IMG/VR virus record: IMGVR_UViG_3300046795_000082
Location: 8,267-72,266 of that record
Strand: one strand, 5' to 3'
Source: a virus
Lineage: Duplodnaviria > Caudoviricetes
DNA: 64,000 nt
Part shown: piece by piece, positions 24,044 through 34,176 of the stretch
Numbering within the stretch: position 1 is the stretch's first letter
How the letters are laid out: each line of letters opens with the position of its first letter
Program-made: the position numbers and the translations under genes
Notes under the pieces: model-generated
What the model was told of the DNA's origin: nothing
What the model saw: only the letters and a program-made list of their open reading frames with translations
Database searches by the model: none

Positions 24044-26407
24044 TCACCGTGGCGGCGGCGGCGTGGACACGCGTGGGGGCGTGCGCGGGAAGGGCGCGGT
24101 GCCGACTGGCGGGGGCGGGGGCGTGGCCCTGATCGCCTCGGCCCGCTTGGCGTAGTCGTCGAGCCGATTCATCACCGCACCCGTCCAGGCCACCGCACGC
24201 GCGCCACGGGCGGGGATCGTCAGCCCCTGCGTGAGCAGGCGCACGCCTCCCGGTGTGTTCATCAACAGGCTGATGACACCTCCCAAACTCTGCCCGGCGA
24301 TCGTCGCGTAGGGGTGGGGAAACAGGTTGTAGGCACTCACCCCGGTCAAGCCCGTGATGGCCGACCCGCTCGGATTGGGGTTCTCCGCAATCTTCTTGGC
24401 GAGCAAGAAGAACGAGTCGAGGTCGGCCCGGTTCGCCCCGTAGAGCAGGTCCTTGGTCGCGTCACCGAGCTTGTTCCATTCCCCCGCGGCGCCGGTCGCA
24501 CCGGACAGCCACTCGCCACTGCCCGCACGAGACTTGACAAACAGATGCTCCAGCACCGCACGGCCCAGGGCCGGCATGGCCTGCGGCGCGTGCGCCTGCA
24601 GCTCACGCAGGTGCTGGATCCCCAGGTCCTGCCCCATGGTCGCCTGCTTGAACGCGCCGACCGGCTCTACGCGCAGCCGTTCGAAGATCTCCTCGGCAGC
24701 GCGCTTGGCCGACGCCTCGCTGCGGCCCATCTGCAGTTCGTCCAGTGCGTTGATCCCGGACGGGCTGTGTGCCTGGCCGACCGTGTGGTCGATCGCGTCC
24801 TGGAGCAGCTGTGTCGCCTGCGCGGCCATTCCCTGGCTCGCGTCGCGCAGCTGCGGCAGCTCGGCGCCACGCCCGAGACTCTTGATGGCGCCGAGGTCCT
24901 TCTCAAGCGACACGGCGGGCGCGTAGTCGGGGCCCGTGACCAGATTCTGGAGCGCCTGCAGACCAGGGGACAGCTGCTGCTGCCCGACGGGCATCCGGTG
25001 CAGCGCCTCGTCGAGCATCGGCCGCAGCGCACCCTTGATCTGCCGCAGGTCGACCGGCAGCTGCATCGCTTGCATCACGGGGACAGGCGTGCCACCCGGC
25101 ATCCCCATGAAGCCAGTCCCTGGACGCGTCCCGACCTGCACCTGCACGGTGTTGGCTGGGTCTGTCGCCACCTGTTCGAAGTTCTGGTAATGCCCCCGCA
25201 TGTCGGTGTGTCTGTCGACGATGTAGTCCTCGATCCCGTGCTGAATGCCGCGACCCGCCAACTCGGGCGACGTAGGGACAGGCGACACACGCCCCGCCAG
25301 ACGCTCCCCCGTCGCTTCCAGCTGCTGCCCCTGGAGGAGTCGACGGTTGCGACTAATCCGTGACCCCGGGAGGGTAGCCCCGGACGTGCGCTCCAGGTTG
25401 CGCGCCAGCGTGCTCCCACTGGCCGTCGGCGCGTCGACGAACACCCCTTCGCGATGACCCAACGCGACCGCGGCGGCTTCTTCTGGCGTCAGCCGCGGAC
25501 GGAACAGCGGGCGGGCGAGGCGGCCTTCCATCAGCTCCGGCCCGAAGGCCTGCAGGCCGACATCGGTGAGCGCACCAGCCATTTCCGGCCACTGGCCGGC
25601 GTTGGCGTAGTCGGCGCTCTGCTTCAAGCGCTCGCCGACGACCGGAATGGCGCTCACCAGCTCCTGGTTCGCCGCGCCGACGTCACCCTGCACGAACCGC
25701 TTGCCTGCCTCACGCAGGTGCTCGCCGGTGGCTTCACCGACCGCCTGGCCCATCGCCCCCGGTCCCTGGTAGAGCGCTTTGGCTCCTGCCCACAGCTTTT
25801 TGGGGTCGAGCGCCGACAGGGCTTGCCGGCCGTAGCGGACCGCCGTCCGCGCGAGGGCGGCCCGCGGGTCCATCGGCGCGGAGCCCACGTTGGGCGCGTC
25901 GGTGAGGATGTCGCCCAGCTGCGCGAGGTAGGGGTGCTGCTCGTCGAAGCCCTTGGGCGGCGGCTCGCCGACCTGTGGCGAAGCGGGCGGCGGCACCGCA
26001 ACGGCGCCGGGCCGACGTGCGGGCGCGGGCGCAGACGCGGGCTTCAGCTGACCGAGGACCTTCTGGACGTAAGGGTCAGTGACCGATGTCGGCGCCTGCG
26101 GGCTGGCGTTGTAGTGGCGCAGTGCCATCACCACGTCGCCATTGTTGCGGGCGATGAGGTCGCGCAGCTCCTCGATGCCGCCGCGGATGTTGTCGGCCGG
26201 GTCGTCGGGGTTGACGTTGTGGCGCGCCATCGTCTCCGGCATCAGCTGCATGATGCCGCGCGCACCCGTCGGCGAGACGGCAGCCGGGTTCAGGCTCGAC
26301 TCGGTCATCGCGACAGCCCTCGCGAGGCGCGGGTCGACCTGATACTTGGTGGCGATGCCCGTGATGACATCGTCCCAGTTCGCGGGGGTACCCCTGTCGT
26401 CAGCCAT
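24044..26407 (-). CDS. Internal virion/ejection protein with N-terminal SLT lytic transglycosylase
   Basis: AVAMTESSLNPAAVSPTGARGIMQLMP...NIRGG...ALRHYNA. Confidence 0.85.
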   Translation of the reverse strand: MADDRGTPANWDDVITGIATKYQVDPRLARAVAMTESSLNPAAVSPTGARGIMQLMPETMARHNVNPDDPADNIRGGIEELRDLIARNNGDVVMALRHYNASPQAPTSVTDPYVQKVLGQLKPASAPAPARRPGAVAVPPPASPQVGEPPPKGFDEQHPYLAQLGDILTDAPNVGSAPMDPRAALARTAVRYGRQALSALDPKKLWAGAKALYQGPGAMGQAVGEATGEHLREAGKRFVQGDVGAANQELVSAIPVVGERLKQSADYANAGQWPEMAGALTDVGLQAFGPELMEGRLARPLFRPRLTPEEAAAVALGHREGVFVDAPTASGSTLARNLERTSGATLPGSRISRNRRLLQGQQLEATGERLAGRVSPVPTSPELAGRGIQHGIEDYIVDRHTDMRGHYQNFEQVATDPANTVQVQVGTRPGTGFMGMPGGTPVPVMQAMQLPVDLRQIKGALRPMLDEALHRMPVGQQQLSPGLQALQNLVTGPDYAPAVSLEKDLGAIKSLGRGAELPQLRDASQGMAAQATQLLQDAIDHTVGQAHSPSGINALDELQMGRSEASAKRAAEEIFERLRVEPVGAFKQATMGQDLGIQHLRELQAHAPQAMPALGRAVLEHLFVKSRAGSGEWLSGATGAAGEWNKLGDATKDLLYGANRADLDSFFLLAKKIAENPNPSGSAITGLTGVSAYNLFPHPYATIAGQSLGGVISLLMNTPGGVRLLTQGLTIPARGARAVAWTGAVMNRLDDYAKRAEAIRATPPPPPVGTAPFPRTPPRVSTPPPPR

Positions 26408-28164
26408 TACTGATATGGCTTTCCCTGGTGATGCAGCACACCGTTCACCATCGTCCACTCAGCTGGGGCCGCACCAGCTCCCGACGCAGACGGAGCCGGC
26501 GGAGCCGTCCCGACAGCCGCCTGTGGCCGCTTCACGCCGCCCCCGAAGATGAAGCCGGGGTCGATGTTGTGCGCTGCGGCGCGGTCCTCAATGCGTTGCC
26601 GCTCGTCGTCGTTGTAGCTCGACATGCTAGCGAGGAACTGTCGCGCCGTCTCGGCCATCGCCTTCAGGTCCCCTTCGGGCACGCCCGCGCCGCCGCCGAC
26701 CCACCGGCCGTAACCACTCCCCGGAGGACCGGGCTCCCAACCCTTGCCAACGTAGCGCTCGTACATCCCCTGGATGCGCGGGATGATGGCCAGGCCGGCC
26801 GCCGAGCGGTCATACTCCGACTCGCGCACGACCGAGGTCGGGTCGAGGATCTTCTGGAAGGTCACGAGGACCGCCTGCGTGGCACCGAGGGGGTCCTGGC
26901 TGAGACGCTTGAGCCCCACGTCCATCAGGCCGAGCTGCTGCTGCATCGTGCGCTGCGCCTTGTTGCGCGTCTCCCACTTGGTGTTCAGCTGCTCGATCAG
27001 TTTGGACTTGAGCGGGGTGATGACCGCCGAGTTGTTTTCAAGTTCGGCCGCGCGGAGCTTGGCCTCCGCGTTGAAGAGCTGTTCTTCCCGCAGCACGATG
27101 CCGCGCTCCCTCGGCGTCAGGCGGCGCTCCACCGCCACCGGGTCCTCGCCGGGCTTGCCGAATTTCTCCGCCGCCAGCTCTTCCCGTTTGCTGTAGCTGC
27201 GGGTGGGTAGTTTGGTCGCCGGTCGCGCGTCGGGGGGCAACGGCTGGCCGGCCTGGTCGAGATAGCGCCCCGTCCGCACGTCGTAGGAGGCGAAGTCCTG
27301 CGTCACCTGGCCATCGGCGCCGACATACTCGACCGTCATCGGCTTGAACGCTGCCCCGCCAGCCGCGCGCGTCTTGCTGCTGGCGATGAGCTGCGCAGCC
27401 CACTTCTCCGGGTTCACTTCGCCGGAGCGCCGCGCGACATCGACCAGGGCCTGATACTCGCCTGTCTCCTTGGCGCGCGCGATGTTGACCGCTGTCTCCT
27501 CCGCCGTCGGGAAGGCCTGCGGGAGCCCATACACGGGTGTCCGTGTGGTAGTGGTGAGCGACTCGGGCTGCCGGGCAGCTCCGGCCGGCGGTAGCGCACC
27601 GCGCAGCTGGTCCGGTCCGACCTGGGGAATGTCCGGCGGGGGCGGTGGCGCGGCGAGACTCTCGGGCGGCGCGCCGGTCGGTGGCGTCGCGGGTACCTGC
27701 GGCAAGGGCCCTGGCGGAGCCGGAGGCGGCCCTGGGAGCGGTGCCTGTGCCGCCGGAGGGGTAGCGCCAGGGGTCGTCGTCTGGGCCGTCGTCTGGGCCG
27801 CTGGAGCGGCCGTAGGAGGCAGCGTCGGCAGATAGCCGGCGGTCTGTGGCGGGGTCACGTGTGTCTCCACGTCCTCGCCCAGCTGCTGCGGCGTATTCAA
27901 GTAGTTCAGGAGCTTCGGGTAGACCGCGTTCCCCTGCATCTCGCCGATCCAGCCCTTCAGGCCGCCAGCGCGTTTACGCGGCTGAGTGGTCTGGAGCATC
28001 CCGGTCGCCGCCATCGCCCGAATCTCCGGGTCCTGCGAATTGAGTAGCGCCTGGTAGACCGTCGCCTCGCGCGCGTTGGCCGCAACCGCTTCGTCCCGCT
28101 GCTCCTTCTCAATCTCGTGCGAGCGGTTCTGGTAGCCCGTGACCATGCCTTCCAGCCAGCCCAT
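26407..28164 (-). CDS. Internal virion/ejection protein
   Basis: Pro/Ala-rich linker, helical domains, position in the ejection cluster. Confidence 0.6.
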   Translation of the reverse strand: MGWLEGMVTGYQNRSHEIEKEQRDEAVAANAREATVYQALLNSQDPEIRAMAATGMLQTTQPRKRAGGLKGWIGEMQGNAVYPKLLNYLNTPQQLGEDVETHVTPPQTAGYLPTLPPTAAPAAQTTAQTTTPGATPPAAQAPLPGPPPAPPGPLPQVPATPPTGAPPESLAAPPPPPDIPQVGPDQLRGALPPAGAARQPESLTTTTRTPVYGLPQAFPTAEETAVNIARAKETGEYQALVDVARRSGEVNPEKWAAQLIASSKTRAAGGAAFKPMTVEYVGADGQVTQDFASYDVRTGRYLDQAGQPLPPDARPATKLPTRSYSKREELAAEKFGKPGEDPVAVERRLTPRERGIVLREEQLFNAEAKLRAAELENNSAVITPLKSKLIEQLNTKWETRNKAQRTMQQQLGLMDVGLKRLSQDPLGATQAVLVTFQKILDPTSVVRESEYDRSAAGLAIIPRIQGMYERYVGKGWEPGPPGSGYGRWVGGGAGVPEGDLKAMAETARQFLASMSSYNDDERQRIEDRAAAHNIDPGFIFGGGVKRPQAAVGTAPPAPSASGAGAAPAEWTMVNGVLHHQGKPYQ

Positions 28165-28174
28165 TGCGTGCTCC

Positions 28175-29443
28175 TCAGCGATTGAACGCGTCGATGACGT
28201 CGCGCGTCAGGCCGCCCCAGGCCTCTCCGGCCTTCGACCCCTGGCCCGCCGCCCACTGCCGATTCTGTGCGCCGCCGGTGAGCGCGCTGTTGTAGATGCT
28301 CCCGGCCGTACCGTAGAGCGGCGCTGCCGCACGCGTGCCTTCCACGCCAAGGTTCCCCAGCGCCTCGGCGGCCTTCGGTTGGACGCCCGTGACGAGGCCC
28401 GCCAACCCGCTGGCGCGCTGGCGATTCAGCTCGCCGCGCTGGACGTCGCGCGCGGCGCCGCGCACGCCAGACTGCTCCAGTGCGCGGTTGGCGCCGCGGT
28501 AGGTATCGGTCAGGGCCGCACGACTCGGCGCCACGGCCTGCGACATCGCCGCTCGGTTGCCCTTCAGGAGCGTCTGGTAGTAGCTGCCCGCGTCGCGCAG
28601 GTAGGGCTTGCTCTCGCCGATCGCCGCGTCGGCCGCACTGGCCGCACCGCCAGCCACCTTGTTCGCGTTGGCCAGGGCGGCGAGTTCCTCCGGTGAGCGT
28701 CGCATCGCCTGGTCCTGCGCGCGCTTGGCCATGTAGCCGCTGATGAGCGACGAGCCGACGCTGCCGGCAACCCGACCGACGGGACTCCGCAGGGCGCCCT
28801 GGACCGCACCTAGCGCACCCCCGCCCCCAGCCGCCGCGGTACCCACCGCTCCAGACGGCGCCAAGCCAGCGACCGTGCCGGTCGCCGTCGGCACGGTGAT
28901 CGTCGACGGCAGGACTGCGCCGCCGGCCCCCGCCGCGCCTGCACCACCGGCTCCACCCCCGCCACCAGCGCCAGCCGCGCCGGCCGCACCCCCGCCGCTG
29001 AACGCGCCGGTAGCCGCTAACCCACCGACTGCCGCCGCACCCGTCAGCGCCCCGACGGTAATCCCCGGATGGCGCTTCCAGTACGGGTCTTCTTTCCTGG
29101 TCCCGCTGGGGTCGTGGTGCCAGTTCTCCGGCAGATGCTCGACCGGTGTGCCAGCGCCCTGCGTTCCATAGTTGCCCGGCATCCCCGCGGCGTACTCAGG
29201 ATGCTCTTTGAGAATCTCGGTCCATGCCTGGCCCGTCCGCGCCGTGCGTTCGGGACCGGTGCCGAGGTAGTCCTCCCAGGAGGCGTAGTTGGCGAGCTGG
29301 CTGTCTGGGATCGATGCGAGTCCCGGATAGCGCCGTCGGAGGGCGGCGATGTCTGTCGACACCGTCGCGCCTGGCGCGCCGAGCAGCCGCACGTAGTTCG
29401 ACGCGTTGAGCTGGTCCGGCCGAGTCCCGACGGTTAAAGCCAT
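28175..29443 (-). CDS. Gly/Ala-rich ejection (pilot-like) protein
   Basis: Long GA-rich hydrophobic stretch followed by helical region. Confidence 0.6.
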   Translation of the reverse strand: MALTVGTRPDQLNASNYVRLLGAPGATVSTDIAALRRRYPGLASIPDSQLANYASWEDYLGTGPERTARTGQAWTEILKEHPEYAAGMPGNYGTQGAGTPVEHLPENWHHDPSGTRKEDPYWKRHPGITVGALTGAAAVGGLAATGAFSGGGAAGAAGAGGGGGAGGAGAAGAGGAVLPSTITVPTATGTVAGLAPSGAVGTAAAGGGGALGAVQGALRSPVGRVAGSVGSSLISGYMAKRAQDQAMRRSPEELAALANANKVAGGAASAADAAIGESKPYLRDAGSYYQTLLKGNRAAMSQAVAPSRAALTDTYRGANRALEQSGVRGAARDVQRGELNRQRASGLAGLVTGVQPKAAEALGNLGVEGTRAAAPLYGTAGSIYNSALTGGAQNRQWAAGQGSKAGEAWGGLTRDVIDAFNR

Positions 29444-29455
29444 AGTCCCTTCCCT

Positions 29456-30052
29456 TTACGTCCAGCCGCCTGTGGGGTAGCCCGTCGTCGGGGGGGTCGT
29501 ATAGAGCGCCGGCTCTGGCAGCAGGTCGTGACTGGCAAAGCCTGCGTTGCCGGGCCGGGCTCGCTCTTCCATGTAGGCGTCCCACCCCTGATACCACTTG
29601 GCATCGCCACCCTGCCACGGGTCCTGCACGACAGCCAGCCAGTAGCTGTAATCGTCGCGGCTCCAGTGGAACAGGCTCGCCTTGATGTCCGCTTCCATCG
29701 TGGTCGGGTCGATGCTCATCGGAATAATCGGCTCGCCGTGAGACCCCGGACCAGTCGCCGGCTCGCCTGGTGACAGGCCACCCCCCGCCGCGCGTTCGCC
29801 GGCCGTCAGCTGCGCTTCGCCCGTGGCATCGATGGCGGCCTGGTGCGCCGCCGCGATCTCGGCGTCCTGCTCGTTGGTCCGCGTGACCACGCGTGTCAGC
29901 GTGCCTTCGGCCGCCTGGAGCCGCCCTTCCAGGTCGAAGACGCGCTCCCACAGGAGCCGCACCGACTGCTGCGCGCGCCAGTCCGCGATGGTGTCGACAT
30001 GCGGATATTGGCGTTTGAGGGCCTTCACAGCCACTTCGATGACAGGGGTCAT
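29456..30052 (-). CDS. Putative virion protein (coiled coil)
   Basis: ORF track, operon position. Confidence 0.6.
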   Translation of the reverse strand: MTPVIEVAVKALKRQYPHVDTIADWRAQQSVRLLWERVFDLEGRLQAAEGTLTRVVTRTNEQDAEIAAAHQAAIDATGEAQLTAGERAAGGGLSPGEPATGPGSHGEPIIPMSIDPTTMEADIKASLFHWSRDDYSYWLAVVQDPWQGGDAKWYQGWDAYMEERARPGNAGFASHDLLPEPALYTTPPTTGYPTGGWT

Positions 30053-33000
30053 CCTCCCACTCCCGGACTGGCGGTCGTGCTCCTGGCGCCACCTCCGCTC
30101 GTCTGAGCGGCCAATACGGCGTGGGTCATGGGTCTGCTTGGATCCTGGTCGTCGTTACCGAAGGGCTGGACGATGATCGAGTCGTAGGCGCCCCAGGGCT
30201 GGACGGCCACGGTCGTCTCGTCGCGATATAGCCAGAAGGCCGTCGGCGCGGTGAGGATGTACTTAATCAAGACGCCCTTGCCGGCGCGGAAGCCCGGCAG
30301 AAAACGACGCTGCTTCATGCCGTCAGTCGAGGGGATGGTGTAGTCCTCGATCACCGTCCCGCCCGTCTGGTTGTTGTGCATGATGGTTCGCAGGTTCACC
30401 TCCGTTGTCGATTTCAACGTGACGTGCGCCCACAGCGGGTAGAACCAGCCCGGGAGGCCATGGTTGGTCTCCTGCGTCTCCCAGCGCGTGAGCTGGAAGG
30501 GCTCCTCGTCGAAGAGGGGCTCCGCGGTGTAGAGGCGCCCTGGGTTGGCATCGACCGGGAACATCCGCCAGACGCGGCCGAGGTGCTGGTCGGTGAGCGC
30601 GATCTGCACGACCCGCCGGCCGGTGGTGTTTACCGTCAGGGTCTCGACGGTGACGCCATCGACTTCTACCTGGACGGCCTTGTCCTGGCCGAAGGTGTCA
30701 CATTCGAAAATCACGGCCTTCAGCCACTTGTCGGCGTGGGTGCCGAGGATGCTGAAGTTCTGGTTCCAGTTCGCCTGCCCGCTCGGTTCCTCGTCCAGGT
30801 GCCATCGGTGGGTATAGAGCAGGCCATCGTTGTCATCGATGGCGCGGAAGCGCAGGACGTGGCCGCGCCCCCAGGGCAGCGTCAGGTGAACGACCGCCCG
30901 ACCGTTGGCGACGACCGGCCAGTAGGACAGGCCCGCCAGCGTGTTGAGCAGCTGCACGCCGTCGACGAAGACCTCGATCTGCTTCTCCTGGCCGAAGGTA
31001 TTGCAGTAGAGGTCGAGGCCGGTGTAGTAGACATCCCACTGGTTTTCAAAGTGGACGTCCCACTTGCTGATGCGCGGCGGCTCCTCCAGGTAGATCCAGT
31101 CGGCGCGGTAGAGCAGCCACGGCACGCAGTCACCCGGGTCGGGCCGGATGCGGACCATGTTCGCGGAGACCGCCGGCCAGGAGAACTTCAGCTTGTGCCG
31201 GTTACCGGCCAGCACCTCCAGGGTGGCGATGAGAAAGCGCTGCCCCAGGAGGTCGCCCTCGATGAAGACGGTCTTCGGGACGCCGCCGGTGTCGCAGTCG
31301 AGGGTGATGCCGGTGACCCAGGTCTCGTCGGCGTAGTTCAGGTCGTCCCAGTTGGTGACACGCGTGTTGGTGAGGTCGGGCTGTAGCGTGATCGCGTAGC
31401 CGAGCTGATAGAGGCTCATCGGATCGTTCGACGTCGAGCCGGAGAAGCTGCCACTGAGATGACAGCTCAGCGAGTGCGCCTTCTGCGGATTGGCGCCGAA
31501 GGTGTGGACGAGGAACCGCGCGCGGCCGTCGCCACCGCTGACCCCGAGTGCCGCGTCGCTGACGTTCTCCTCGTTGAAGAACACCTGGACCGAGATGTCG
31601 GTCGACTGCGGGTCGGCATCGAGGAAGATGTCGCCGTAGAGCTTCTCCTCGCGCCGGCCACCACTCATCGCCCCGGTCCGCAGATACCAGTTGATCGCCT
31701 GCCCATCGTCGTCCGGCCCGTAGTGCGTGTAGACCTTGCCCGTGCCCTGGCCGCCAATCAGGAGCAGGTCCTCGTCCCGCCCCTCGACGCAGGCGTTCGG
31801 CCGACCGAAGTTGTAGTGCCGCCAGAACTTTTGGAGGATCGAGTAGACGAGCACCTGCCGCCCACCCAGCCGGTCGACATACTGGAAGTAGAGCGCGTTC
31901 TCCCAGACGGTCAGGCGCAGCTCGTTCGGTTGGGTCTTGTCGATCCACTCGTAACCGTTGACCGTGAAGCCGTAGAAGAGCGGGTTGATGGTTTCCGAGA
32001 GCCACTCCTCCGGCCCACCCTGCGTCGCGAAGACGCCGTCCTCGGCGACGAAGTAGACGATGCCGCCGGGGCCGACGCAGAAGGCCCAGCGCCCGAGCAG
32101 GCCGCGCGTGCAGAGCGATGGGGACGCCGTCACGCCCCCCGCCTGGCCGGTCAGGTTCGGGTAGATGAAATACAGCCGGTGGCGACTGAAGACGAAGCCC
32201 TGATGGCCGGCGAGGCCGCCGTGCATCAGCTCCTCGCTCGGCGGGCAGACTTCGACGTTGCCGCTGGCCGACCAGTGGTCCGGCGCGTCCGGCATCGAGA
32301 AGTAGAGATGCCCTGGGCGGCGCGGGTCGCCGCAGGCGAAGAGCATCCCCTCCAGCGGGCCCCAGAGCGCGGGGACTGCCTGGTTGAGGACCGCGTCCCC
32401 GTTGTCGTCGACGGTCGGCACGGGCTGGAAGTGGTCGATCGGGATCGGGTCGGTGGCCACGATAGCGTCGTCGGTCAGGTCGTCGACGAAGACACCCCCG
32501 TCGCTGTCGTTCATGCCGCAGTACATCCAGTCGTCGAACAGGCTCCCGCCCCGGCGATAGATGCGCTGGCGCACCGCGCCGTCGCCGTAGGCCGGGGGGT
32601 CGACCAGGACTTGGCTGCGCGCGGCGTCGAGCATGGTGGTCTGCTCGTCGCTGCCATTGCTCTCGGCCCCCGTGCGCGGGTCGTAGTTAGTCGCCTTGTA
32701 GTCGTACTGCTGGTCGCCTGGCTGGACGGTGTCGGGGCCAAAGCCGCCGTAGAGGTAGAGGTCGTCGAGGCTGACCAGGACGTCCCGCTCCTCCTCGGTA
32801 ATACGCGTGCGGACGTAGAGGATGACACCAGTGATGGTCGCCCAGCCGCGGTCCGGCGAGCTGCCGATGCGCTGGAAGTCGCCGCGCCGCAGCGGCGAGC
32901 CGAGGACGCCGTAGCTGAACCACTGGTGCGCGCCGAGCCCGAGCTGGAAGCTCGGGGCGCGGTCCGGGTCGGTCTCAGCGCGGCGCGCTTCCCAGCTGTC

Positions 33001-34101
33001 GCGGTTGTCCTTGAAGGCGCGGTCGTGCGCGTCCTTGTCGCGGATCGCCTTGATGCGCGCGGCCTCGGCCGCCTCGACCTGCGACATGGCCGCCTGGACG
33101 AACTGCACGTAGTCGTTGGCGCGGAAGGCCTTGACGTAGGCGTCGCCGTTGGCGGCGATGTCGCTGGCGGTCCCCGGCAGGACCGTCGCGTCGAAGGTCT
33201 CGCTGCAGACCAGGTAGATCCGAAGTTCTTCGATCAGCTGCGGATGACTGAGCTTCATCCAGCCGTGAACCAGGTCGTCGTCGGTGGCGGCGACCGTCTC
33301 GCTCCCGCCCACCTTGGTGAGGATGGAGAGGTCGCGCGAGACTCCGCAGCCCCACCAGCTGTCGTAGGTCGTGTCCACCGTGCTTCCCGCACTGGTCGTG
33401 CCGGAGACGCCAACGCTGGGGTCGGGCGGCGCGCTGGTGTCTTCCACCATCGCCGCGGGCGTGTCGGTGGCGTGGCTGTGCATGTCGAGGCCAGGCACAG
33501 CCGTCCAGGCGCCAAACGCGGTCCCGTCGCTGTCGTCGCACATGGCGATACCGGTGCGGTACTCCGTCCCCAGGCTAGTCGTGACGGCGGCGCTCGGCTT
33601 CGGCAGTCCGATCGGCAGGGCCAGGCCGTCGGCGCGGATCTTGGCCATCTTCGTCCGGTCGGCGACGAACATCCAGGGGTCGCCACTCTGCGGCGGCCGG
33701 TGCGGGAGAAACGTCACCGGGTCGCCCGAGTAGCCGCTATCGACGGTCGTGGGAGTCGTCGGCGCATGGAGCGGGTCTGGGTCGACTGGCCCCTGCTTGA
33801 TGGTCGTGCCGACACTGTAGAAGCGTGTGTGCGTGCCGGTGTGCGGGTTGCGAAGTTTGCGAAGCGCCCGCGTCGTCGCCCCGCTGCCGGTGAGCGCGTA
33901 CTGGCGCTGGCCCTGGCGGATGGTCGCTTCGAACTCGTGCTCGTGCCAGATGTTGGTGAGCCGCGACCAGCCTTCCATCGCGTCGAGGCTGTCTTTCAGG
34001 TTCAGCCCGTTGACGCCGAAGCGGACGATCTGCGTTTCGAAGGGGGCTTCGAACTGGGCGCCGGTGACGTTGTTGCTGCGCCGTGTGATCTGTTCGGCCA
34101 T
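30049..34101 (-). CDS. Large tail protein (tail nozzle / tubular-B-like)
   Basis: ~1350 aa, beta-propeller-like middle (LYFS...W...P), position after adaptors; ATG 34101 preferred over TTG 34140. Confidence 0.7.
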   Translation of the reverse strand: MAEQITRRSNNVTGAQFEAPFETQIVRFGVNGLNLKDSLDAMEGWSRLTNIWHEHEFEATIRQGQRQYALTGSGATTRALRKLRNPHTGTHTRFYSVGTTIKQGPVDPDPLHAPTTPTTVDSGYSGDPVTFLPHRPPQSGDPWMFVADRTKMAKIRADGLALPIGLPKPSAAVTTSLGTEYRTGIAMCDDSDGTAFGAWTAVPGLDMHSHATDTPAAMVEDTSAPPDPSVGVSGTTSAGSTVDTTYDSWWGCGVSRDLSILTKVGGSETVAATDDDLVHGWMKLSHPQLIEELRIYLVCSETFDATVLPGTASDIAANGDAYVKAFRANDYVQFVQAAMSQVEAAEAARIKAIRDKDAHDRAFKDNRDSWEARRAETDPDRAPSFQLGLGAHQWFSYGVLGSPLRRGDFQRIGSSPDRGWATITGVILYVRTRITEEERDVLVSLDDLYLYGGFGPDTVQPGDQQYDYKATNYDPRTGAESNGSDEQTTMLDAARSQVLVDPPAYGDGAVRQRIYRRGGSLFDDWMYCGMNDSDGGVFVDDLTDDAIVATDPIPIDHFQPVPTVDDNGDAVLNQAVPALWGPLEGMLFACGDPRRPGHLYFSMPDAPDHWSASGNVEVCPPSEELMHGGLAGHQGFVFSRHRLYFIYPNLTGQAGGVTASPSLCTRGLLGRWAFCVGPGGIVYFVAEDGVFATQGGPEEWLSETINPLFYGFTVNGYEWIDKTQPNELRLTVWENALYFQYVDRLGGRQVLVYSILQKFWRHYNFGRPNACVEGRDEDLLLIGGQGTGKVYTHYGPDDDGQAINWYLRTGAMSGGRREEKLYGDIFLDADPQSTDISVQVFFNEENVSDAALGVSGGDGRARFLVHTFGANPQKAHSLSCHLSGSFSGSTSNDPMSLYQLGYAITLQPDLTNTRVTNWDDLNYADETWVTGITLDCDTGGVPKTVFIEGDLLGQRFLIATLEVLAGNRHKLKFSWPAVSANMVRIRPDPGDCVPWLLYRADWIYLEEPPRISKWDVHFENQWDVYYTGLDLYCNTFGQEKQIEVFVDGVQLLNTLAGLSYWPVVANGRAVVHLTLPWGRGHVLRFRAIDDNDGLLYTHRWHLDEEPSGQANWNQNFSILGTHADKWLKAVIFECDTFGQDKAVQVEVDGVTVETLTVNTTGRRVVQIALTDQHLGRVWRMFPVDANPGRLYTAEPLFDEEPFQLTRWETQETNHGLPGWFYPLWAHVTLKSTTEVNLRTIMHNNQTGGTVIEDYTIPSTDGMKQRRFLPGFRAGKGVLIKYILTAPTAFWLYRDETTVAVQPWGAYDSIIVQPFGNDDQDPSRPMTHAVLAAQTSGGGARSTTASPGVGG

Positions 34102-34116
34102 CAGCTCGCCTTGAAA

Positions 34117-34176
34117 CCAATCAGATGCATTTAGCTCCAATCAGACGCATCTAGCTCTAATCAGACCCATCTAGCT
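34117..34176. repeat. Three tandem 20-nt imperfect repeats at a gene junction
   Basis: ccaatcagatgcatttagct / ccaatcagacgcatctagct / ctaatcagacccatctagct. Confidence 0.9.

Noticed and set aside
34117-34176. Possible mini CRISPR array
   Set aside because: Repeats are directly adjacent with no spacers, only 20 nt long, and no cas genes are present
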